Shown here: positions 53,894 through 64,000 of the stretch, piece after piece
Layout: each line of letters starts with the position of its first letter
How positions within the stretch are numbered: the stretch's first letter is position 1
NCBI GenBank assembly: GCA_012295275.1
Contig: CM022665.1
Coordinates: forward strand, 17,856,001-17,920,000
Origin: Chrysomallon squamiferum
Taxonomy: Eukaryota; Animalia; Mollusca
Reading direction: 5' to 3'
Length of the DNA stretch: 64,000 nt
Position numbers and translations under genes: made by a program
The notes under the pieces: model-generated
What the model was told of the DNA's origin: nothing
What the model saw: the letters and a program-made list of their open reading frames with translations, nothing else
Database searches by the model: none

Positions 53894-56800
53894 ATATATG
53901 GTTGTCCTGCTGGCCCATTGGTTTCACAAGGTTTGTGAGGTTGTGACATCTTTGTTCTTCAAGCCAGAGTGTTATGGAATATTGTCTATGTGCAGAGTCT
54001 AAACAGACATATATAAAACAGAATATAGTCATACCTAAACAGACAGACAGACAGACACACACACACACACACGTAAACACACACAAGGACATATAGACAG
54101 ACATACAGGCACACAAACACTGACACACATACATAAAGGACACATTGGTGCATGCACACACACATACAACCACACATCTGAACAAAATACATATCAAACT
54201 GTAATAAGTAGGACATACCCATCATGTATTATTACAGATGAGACTGTCACCACTTCACAGATTAATAAGTTTATTTTCATCCATCAGTCTGTCTCATACT
54301 TCAAATAACATATCTGATTTAATCACTTTAGAGAGACACCATACCAACATTTCAAAACTTTTTCAACAATTTGAAACATTTCTGCAAAGTGGTTCTGAAG
54401 GCCATCCCCAAAGATTTGTGCATGAGAGAAAAATGAATCATTTAATTATCACCGGACTTTCAAAATGGTGTCTGATTTCAGCAATGGAGAGAGAAAAATT
54501 GCCATGAGGTGAGCCAAACGCTTCATCTATTAAGAATAAAATTACAATGTCATTACGGCAAAATGAACATTTATTATCTTTTGTAGATTAAACTGCGTAA
54601 ATGTCTTTTGATTTTGATACCCTTGTGAAACTGATGTTTCATTAACACTGTTTGAAGAACTGCTGTGGGGAAAAACAAAGAAAATTATTTTGAAAATTAA
54701 ATAAATGTTTATTATATGTATATATAGACAGATAGATAGATAAAAATAGATATAGATATAGATATTGATATAGATTTATTTTTTATTTACTTATTTATTT
54801 ATTTTTTTTAGAATTCAATTTTTGAAAAAGTATTGTTATTGTCAGCAATAGTAGTAGTTGTTGTATTTTTTAAATTTTATGGATATGTTAGATTTCTTAA
54901 ATTATTTTATTGGTAATAATTTTTTAATGGCTACTTTGATAATGCAGTTATATTCCTGAATTTTATTATTAATTATTCACTTCTTTCTTTTCTAATTTAT
55001 TATTATTATTATTATTGCTGTTATTAGTAGTAATAGTAGTATTTATATATTAATTTTACACTGTGTGTGTATGTATGTGTGTGTTTCTATGTATACATAG
55101 TATGTATGTAAGTATGTATGTTATTTGCTTTGATGTCCTGCCTGAAACTCAGTTTATAAGATCATTGTAACATTTCTTATTTGGCAATCCATAACAAATT
55201 AATAAACATCATAAAACTGAGTCAAGAATGTGTATTCATGTTTATCCATGTCCACAGCATCAGCAAATTACAGGGGCAGATCTACAATGCAACAGTCAAA
55301 TCTGTATTTTCAGAAATGGAAGAGTCATTATAACAGTGATAAATATATCTGGCAAGATGAAAATTTAGTATTCTTAAAATTTGGAGAAAAAATAATAATT
55401 AAAAAGCTGCAAGAAGAGATAATGGTGAGTAAAACACTCCATTCACACACACACACAAATTAATAATAATAATAATAACAACAACAACAACAATAATAAT
55501 AATAATAAAAATAACAACAACAACAATAATAATAACAATAATAAAAACAACAACAACAACAATAATAATAAATCATAATGCAAAGGAACAATTCCAAAAT
55601 TTTAGAAGTAGGGTAGTCACAATTTTTTTTCAAGATGAAATATAATGATTTTTTTAAAATATACAACTAATAACCGAAGAGATGGAAAAACAGATGATGG
55701 TAAACAAAAAGAAATAATCTGAAATGGAAAGGACAAAGCTAAAATACTGAAAGTTTGAAAGACACAGTGATATTATTAAAAACTGGATAATTATAATTAA
55801 CAAATAAAAATGATAGAAAATGTTAAGCAAAAATAAAATAAAAGGAATTTGAAATAAAAGGAAACAAACAAACAAACAAAATAATAATAATTATAATAAA
55901 TAAAAGCAAGATGCTAGGAGCAAAACTGAAATTTCTGAATTAGGTGAAATTTCATTGTGATTGATGATAAAATATGTCTAATTATTTTTAAAACTGGATA
56001 ACCAAAAACTGATAGAAATGGTACAGATGAGACAAAAATAATAAAAAATAAATAATATTAATAAAAACATAATAGAAACATAATAAAAATAACATTAATA
56101 ATATAATAAAAAAAAAATTCTATAATAATAATAATAATAAAATTTAAAAAAAACAAAAAAAACTGGAAAGATGTATAAAGGATACAAAGAAACCCCACCA
56201 TATTGACACTAGTCTTGTCACGTTATTTAAGCCAGCATTATGTTTGAGTAGATAAAAGACAAATAAGAATTTATCAACACTGTTACAGAGCGTGATGGAC
56301 AGATATTTTTACGCTTCAGAGATCACAAGTTTCTCTCTGGCTAACATTTTCAGCTATCCAGTTTTGCAGCCTTTTAGTCAAGGGAGTTAGTCATTTTTCA
56401 AGAACCCTCTGAATCTGTGATTATTTTCACTGGGGACAGCCCGTCAGACTGAAGACAATTTGATAATACAGTCAGTTAATCACCAGGGCTGGAAGTTTAA
56501 TTTAAAATATATTTGTTTTTGTGAAGTTGGAAAATTGTTACTGGATGCATCATTAAGTAATAACAACATGTTTTGTGTTATTTTATGTCTGATTATTGTT
56601 GTTGTTGTTATTATTATTAGTTGTTATTATTGTTGTTATTATTATTAGTTGTTATTATTGTTGTTATTATTGTTGTTGTCATTGTCTTTAATATTGGTAT
56701 CATCATGATCATTATTATCACTACTATTGCTACTGTTTTGTTATTATATATATAGCTACTACTGTTACTTTTACTGATATTATTAAAAAATTTGTCTTAT

Positions 56801-57414
56801 TACTGTTACTACTACTGCTCTTTTAATTATTGTTATATTATTACTATTATAGTTGGGGGTTTTTGTTTTGTTTTTTGCTTTTTGCTGGGGTTTTCTTTGG
56901 TTTTAAATCATTTCACATTATTATTAATACAGAGATAAACACAATTAAATGATTTATATAGTAAAAGGTAGCAGACAAAAAACACACACATACACTGATA
57001 CACACAAATATGTACACAAACAAACAAATACACTCAAATATATACATAAACACACAAATACAACTAAATAAATACTTTTTATTTATATAGAAAAAGAAAT
57101 TAGCAGATGATATGAATATCACTGTTTCACAACAATATAATCAATTTTCACCAGCAGTTATTGTCTTTGTAAAAACACACATCTTACATCAAGTACATCT
57201 TGAAGATCTAATTGAACTCTGCAGGATGTCCATCAATATGTCTGTCTGTCTGGCATTAATAAGTAAATGTGATAATACACACTGCTGATTTGGATGTAAC
57301 ATGATGGTTAAATAAATAAAAAACTGTCATGTGTAAGTAATTATGTTTAATTATTATTGTTGTTGTTGTTTGTTTTTGTTATTATTTTGTTTTGTATTTT
57401 TATTTTTATTTATT

Positions 57415-57447
<33 letters not shown>

Positions 57448-57929
57448 TATGTAATAATTACATAATTAGTTTCTGATCTGCAATATGTAAATAATTCTTC
57501 TTTGTTTCAGTTCTGCAACAGCTGACAATATGTCACACATTTTTTTGCTACAACATATGGATTTTTTACAGTAAATAAAATGAGAAAATTAATCTTTTGC
57601 AGCAGTTTGAGGTAGAGTTACAAAAAACTGTGACGTATCAGTGAACATTTCACACTGTTGAATGACTGATTTGTAAATAGCCATAATGTTTTTAAATAAA
57701 ACTGTCAAATGTATGAATTAAGTTTACAGTATTATCTGCCAATGTATGATTAATAATTGTATTCAGTACTGTCAAATGAATGAATTACATTTTTAATACT
57801 AGCTGCCAATATATGATAAACAAATGTATGTGCTGTCAAATGTATGAATTGAATTTTATATAAGTATAGCTGACTGATGCATGAACCATATTATTATAAT
57901 AATTATCCTCAAAATTATTTGTCCAGTGT

Positions 57930-58320
57930 CTAATTTTTAATCAGAATTCTTAAAAAGATTTGTCCAATATCTAATTTTTAATCAGAATTTTTCTAAAGTC
58001 ATAAACGTTGTTTGATTTTTAATCAGAATTTTTTAAGGTCTCTCCAATGTATAGTTTTTTTATCAGAATTTTTAAAGTCATATATGTTGTTTGATTTTTA
58101 AAAACATCTTTACAATGTTAAATTTTTATTCCCAACTTTTTAAAAGGTTATTAATTGTCTCATTTTTAATCAGACATTTTTAAAGGTCTCTCCAATGTAT
58201 AATTGTTTTATCAGAATTTTAAAATCATGTTATTTGATTTTTAATCAGAATTTTTAAAAAGATCTGTCCAATATCTAATTTCTAATCAGATTTTTTTTAA
58301 AGTCATATATATTGTCTGAA
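57930..58320. repeat. Degenerate ~40-bp repeat (TTTTAATCAGAATTTT core)
   Basis: About 9 copies. Confidence 0.75.
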
Positions 58321-58489
58321 TTTCTTCACCATTGTTTAATAGACAAATCTGTTGTCACATTTCCATGAAAATTGTTACAAAATGCCTTAAAAATATATAT
58401 CTGGATTTCCAAACCCTGTCTTAATAATAACGATTCAACAAATCATAAATAATATTACTATCTATGTGGGCAATCTATGACATGCATTC

Positions 58490-59005
58490 ATCAAAGAATT
58501 GTTCAAGCATGCATCCTCCATACATAACTTCTGAAATTACAAAACAGAATGTAGCTGTCTCAGAAAGTGTTTACTTTATTCTGTGAATTGTTCAAGCCAG
58601 GGAATGTAGTTGTCACAGAAAAAGTCTGATTTATTCAATAAGCTGGGGAACACAGATAACTCAAAAAGTATCTCCTTTCTTCAGTGAACTGTTCAAGATA
58701 GGGATCACAGCTGTTTCAGAAAGTGTCTACATCATGTAATAAGCTGTCCAAGAAAGGGACTGTGTTCAGAAAGTGTCTATTTTATTGAGTGAACTGTCTA
58801 AGACAGGGAATCAGAAATTTTTTTCATTTATTAACTGAGCCAAGAAACATATTTAACTCTAAAAGTGTCTCCTTCATTCAGTGAACAGCCTAAGAAACTG
58901 TCTCTATTATTTAATGAGCTGTCCAAGACAGGGAATATATCTATGTCTGTTTTAACTCTGTGAGCCAGGGAACACAGTTAACTCTAAAAAGTGTCTCCTT
59001 CTTTC
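58490..59005. repeat. Degenerate ~55-bp repeat (GTGAACTGTTCAAG..GGGA..AGAAAGTGTCT)
   Basis: About 8 diverged copies. Confidence 0.7.
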
Positions 59006-59283
59006 AGTGTGACTTTCTGATAAGCTGATCAGCTGGAATCACCGAGTGTGTTCTTCAGCCCTATGTTTTATTTATTAGATCATATTCCTGCACTCATACA
59101 CTAATACCCTTCACTGGAGAAGCCACAAAAACATTATTAGAGTAGAGAAACACACAAACTGCTTAATCTGCTTTGCAACACTCTGTAGAAATGTCATATA
59201 ATGAAGTGAGTGATGAAAAAATCAATCCATTAATGAGTTATGTTGTGAATGCATAATGTCTTGTTCAGGCTTAAGAAATGCCC

Positions 59284-59337
<54 letters not shown>

Positions 59338-59487
59338 GACATACAAATAATAATAATAATAATGATAATAATAATAATAGCAATCACAACAACAACAAAA
59401 CAAAAACAACAATAATAAATATACACCCATTTTTTTTTATATATCATCATTATCATGTTTATTATTACTATGTTTGCTTCATTGGAG

Positions 59488-59520
<33 letters not shown>

Positions 59521-60205
59521 GTTATTGTTGTTGTTGTTATTACTATAATTGTTATTACTACTGTCATTATTGTTGGAGTTATTATTTGTGAAACATAAAT
59601 ATATTATTTTTGTTGTAGTTGTTGTTGCTGCTGCTTTTATTATTATTATTGTAATTGTTGTTATTATCATAATTACTGTTGTTGTTGTTACATGTAAAAC
59701 CCAAGGATTAAATAAAAATAAATATCATACTTCACATTAAAAAATGTGTTTAAAAAGCACATTTAATTTCATCGAATATTCTGAGTCTGTGAATATGTTT
59801 ATTTTCTAAGACCACTATTATATAGTTTTAATTTATTTATTTACTTATTTATTCTTTGCCACAGACTGTCATTAACCACAATAACAACAACAATCATAGT
59901 TTTTTTTTCTATTCTTACATGAATCAGTGCCCATAGCAACCATACTTGCAGTATATTTTCAGTAAAATCTTGCCTAAAAATTACCTACATATGGTAAACA
60001 ACATTTTTTTTTTTTACAAAATTTAGCAATAACTACAATATTTAGTGTAATAACTAATATTTGTGATGGCAATACAATGAAAACTAATCCAAAGAGTCAT
60101 ATATTCTTGTATTGATGGCAACTCGAATGTGCGGTTAGGAATCAATATCTTTACATTATCTCCAACATAGTGGACAACTGTGATTGCAATGAGTAATATG
60201 AGGCA

Positions 60206-60405
60206 TTATCACTGTTTATGACTAAAGCAAACACTCCAGTATTGGTATTCATAATTGGTATTCGTGAATGTATTAAAATGAAAAAATAAAAAAGCAATAT
60301 TTAAAGTATTATCACTGTTTATAGCTAAAGCAAACACTCCAGTATTGGTATTTATAATTGTTATTTGTGAATGTATTAAAATAAAAAAATAAAAAAGCAA
60401 TATTT
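60206..60405. repeat. Direct tandem duplication of ~102 bp
   Basis: TTATCACTGTTTAT..CTAAAGCAAACACTCCAGTATTGGTATT occurs twice. Confidence 0.9.
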
Positions 60406-61044
60406 TTTTTATATTATTATTGGCTTCATGAAAAAGATTTTAGCTACTGATACAAAGATGAAGCTTAACTCTGAAGAAATGTTGGAAAAATTTATTTTCA
60501 AAAATGGAATTAAATTTTTTTGGTATTAATTTTCTATAATTCGTTTTCAAAGAACTGAATTAAAGATTTTATTGATATTGTGATTATGGTAATGGAAAAC
60601 AAAGACGATAATGATGATGATGATAATAGTTATAATAATAATAATGATGATATAATTATAATTATATTACTAAAATAATTAACATTATTACATGACCTAA
60701 GTGACACATCACTCATTAGCTACATGGAACGTATCTCTGATATTCAACACTTTCCCTTCACACCATTAGCTACATCATAAATGAAAAAATAAAAAAAATA
60801 AACTATGGTAATTCACTTTTTATACTAATTTATTTACTTAATTATCTGTGTATGTCTGTGTATCATAAATTAGACACTGCTTATTAGATACAATGTAAAG
60901 ATAAAAAAAATCTATTATTAATAATATAAAATAAAACATTTTACTTCATCATTTGTATAAAAAAAAATGTAATGCAAACTTCATGCACAAATAAGAAGTA
61001 TATTAATTTACCTGTTTAAATGCTCAAAAAAATAAAATATGAAA

Positions 61045-61082
<38 letters not shown>

Positions 61083-61492
61083 CTTGTCAACTGCACATTA
61101 CATCCAAATTAGTATAAAAAGCAATTTTCCTCATGAATGGCAGAGATTCAGAATAAAAAAAAAAACTAAAAAATAATTTATTTCATCAGTTGCACAATAA
61201 TTTCAATAAAAAATAATAATAAAAATAATTTGCCTCATCAGTTGAACAACAGGTACAGTATTAAAAACAACAAAAAATAGTATATTGTAAACAACAGATT
61301 CTGTTAAAATAAAATAAAATTAAATTAAATTAAAAATTAAAAAAATTATAATTTACATGCTGAAATGCACTGTAGGTTCAATATAAAAACAACAAAAAAT
61401 AATTTCGTCATAAATAACATTAATAATTAATAATTAATTAATTAACCTAATAAATAATGAAAAAAAAAAAAAAAAAAAAACTTCTTAAACAA

Positions 61493-61555
<63 letters not shown>

Positions 61556-61679
61556 TTAATTAATTAATTAATTAACCTGATAAACAGTAAAACTTAATAA
61601 TACAGAAACAAAAAACAATTAACTATTCTAAATTGCACAACAGATTTATATTCGAGCAAACAAAACAAAAAACGCTTAC

Positions 61680-61935
61680 CTGATGAAATATGTAGCAGCG
61701 AGTGCATCACTCACTCAGTGATCGCTGATAGAACCAAACGTATCCTTTGCTCTCACGCTGGTCATGTGATGTGACAGTTATCTGTCGTGTTAGTTCACCT
61801 CATAAAACAGCAGAGGAACTGAAGGAACAAATGGTAGGAAGGTTTATGGCCTGCCAGAAAGACACTTCCTGCCTGAGAGCAGACGTAACCCACAGGAATT
61901 CATAGCCAAGCGTAAAGTCACGAGAGAGAGACAAC
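61680..61935 (-). other. Putative 5'UTR exon 2 of the NETO-like gene
   Basis: GC/CpG-richer block bounded by the minus-strand acceptor TTTCAATCAG| and donor CAG|GTAAGC. No long ORF. Confidence 0.55.
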
Positions 61936-62113
61936 CTGATTGAAATAATCGTCAAACATCTTAGTCACACCATCAATCTATTTACCGAACAATGGTCTTT
62001 TTTAATTGCTACAGTTTGATGAGCAATATTCAAACTATAAAATTTTGTTTTTAATTATTTTTTATAATTTTTAAATTTTATTTATGATCACAAATAATTC
62101 ATGGTATACAAAG

Positions 62114-62157
<44 letters not shown>

Positions 62158-62649
62158 TTAATTAATTAATTAATTAATTATACCTATAAATTAAAAAAAT
62201 ATATATATTAGACTTAACTGTATACAAAGATAAAAATAAAATAATTAACTTTATACAAATATCAAAAATAATTAACTGTGTAAAAATATATATTAAAAAT
62301 TTTTTTTTTATTGAACACAAACATCAAAAATAATTCATTGAAAATAAAATTTAAAAAAAAATAATTCTTTGTACATAAAGATACAAAAATAATTCAATGT
62401 ACAGATAAACAACATTCTTTCATTACAAAGATCAGAAATACTTCATTGTATACAAAGATGGAACATAATTTATTATACAAATAGATTAATCAAAAGAATT
62501 GCTTGTATACAACGAAAAAATGATAACTCATCGTACACAAATAGTGAATACATATTTTTTAAAAATCTAAAAATAGAATCTGAATTTTCCCCCATACGCT
62601 ACAGTCTTTTAGCGAATTTGTTTCAATAGTGGCAAAGATTGGAACTCAC

Positions 62650-62976
62650 CATTAAAGCAGAAATTATACGATTTCAAGAACTAAAACAGAAGCATTAATC
62701 CACCTTTGCACATCATCAATCCAAGACGATATTTCTGTGACTGCCGACAGGAAGTGACTGAAAACGGGTGGCGTAAAACTGGTGAGTAATTCTTCGACGT
62801 CCAATGTCAATAATCATGAACAAAAACGTGCGCGGTGCTGTGTGTGTGTGTGTCGGGGGGAAGTCGCAGTCAGCGAGCATGTGTGTGTGTGGATCGCAGC
62901 GGCAGCAGTTCTCTCAGTGACAACAGTATTGATCCGCCTGCCCGGCTTGGCCAGTGTGCGTAGCTCAAACAACTGA
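62650..62976 (-). promoter_or_regulatory. CpG-rich promoter and first exon (probably of the NETO-like gene) with a TCAGTT initiator
   Basis: Highest CpG density in the window. Minus-strand TCAGTT (protostome-type Inr) at 62976-62971 and consensus donor ATG|GTGAGT at 62650/62649. Confidence 0.55.
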
Positions 62977-63435
62977 GACATGTAAAGAAGATGTAGAAAT
63001 CAATAACGAAGACATGTTACAAATGAGAACTTTCGGTGATGCAACTTAAGATGAAAGAGACACTACAGTGACGGTTAATTAAGATGTGTAACTGTTTACT
63101 AATCCTCATGCACCACCCTCCTGCCCTCAATCAACGACCGATTTCTTTTTTCATTGTTATTTTTTCTCTTCACACCAAAACGTTAATAAAACACTTCGTT
63201 ATACCTGTTAACAAAAGAACTGAAATTAGCTAATTTTAACACTTATTTCGTTAAGTTTACATTAAAATCGATTTATTATCATTACTACTACTACTATTAC
63301 TACTTTTATTAGTACTACTGCTGCTATTATTATTATTATTACTACTACTATTACTACTTTTATTAGTACTACTGCTACTACTATTATTATTATTACTACA
63401 ACTATTACTATTTTTATAATTATCACTACTACTAC

Positions 63436-63469
<34 letters not shown>

Positions 63470-64000
63470 TTAAATACTGAGATAATACCACTTATAAATA
63501 ATCAAAGAAGCTTATGTTTTCTCCAGTCTTTCACTCTTTTCTATTTTTTAAGTTTAAAGTGAAACCTTGTGCTTCAAACAATTATTAATACAATTTGAAC
63601 CACATTTTGAGTATAGGTAGCAATTTTAGAGCTTCACATTTCTTTCATTATACTTTCTATCATAACAACAACAAAAAAATAAAAAATAAAAAATTTAACT
63701 GCTGCAGCTATGTTATTACTAACATTCAAATCACATTTCCAGTGCATTTTACCCATTATTCCTGTTACCAGTACCGAAAACATCTCTTAAAAACCATTGC
63801 ATATGGATGCATAAACAGAGAAACAGTCATACCCCTGGGACAATCAGCTTCATAAAAGCTTGGCAAAGCTCTGAACAGAAATGTTTTTTCGTTATTAAAG
63901 CTCCGAGATCAACCCCAATAAACTGCCTCAGTCTGAATGACGTCTTCTCCAGCAGTGTGCAATCAGGAATGAAACTCTATTACTTTTTATTCCTCTAAGG

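Noticed and set aside
55460-59740. Poly-Tyr/Cys/Asn/Ile and HT/CV ORFs here and elsewhere in the window
   Set aside because: They are translations of AAT/AAC/CA microsatellites.

Overview
Very AT-rich, CpG-depleted animal genomic DNA with spliceosomal introns, microsatellites and minisatellites. It is not prokaryotic. Degenerate tRNA-derived SINE pieces suggest a mollusc, possibly a gastropod, but that is inference. Two protein-coding genes lie on the minus strand. (1) An ankyrin-repeat/SOCS-box (ASB-like) gene has its whole 732-aa CDS in one exon (11151-13349), probable non-coding leader exons up to ~16.3 kb and a CpG-retaining promoter. (2) A 9-coding-exon type I membrane protein gene (32791 down to 24112; 464 aa assembled by hand from GT-AG junctions with consistent phases) has the architecture signal peptide-CUB-CUB-LDLa-TM-tail, i.e. 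NETO/SOL-2-like. Its probable promoter and leader exons lie ~29 kb upstream at 61.7-63.0 kb. The rest holds a decayed pogo/Tc1-mariner-type TIR element with a PHD-finger remnant, two TTAA-flanked piggyBac-type MITE candidates, a tRNA-Glu pseudogene and tandem repeats, including 41-bp and 54-bp arrays of ~2.5 kb each. The long ORFs at 51-53.7 kb are repeat artefacts. I found no evidence of a novel multi-gene system. The most unusual items are a duplicated exon end that may form a new YxxM-bearing cassette exon, repeats seeded at splice junctions, an 8-Cys LDLa module and a uORF stop overlapping the start codon.
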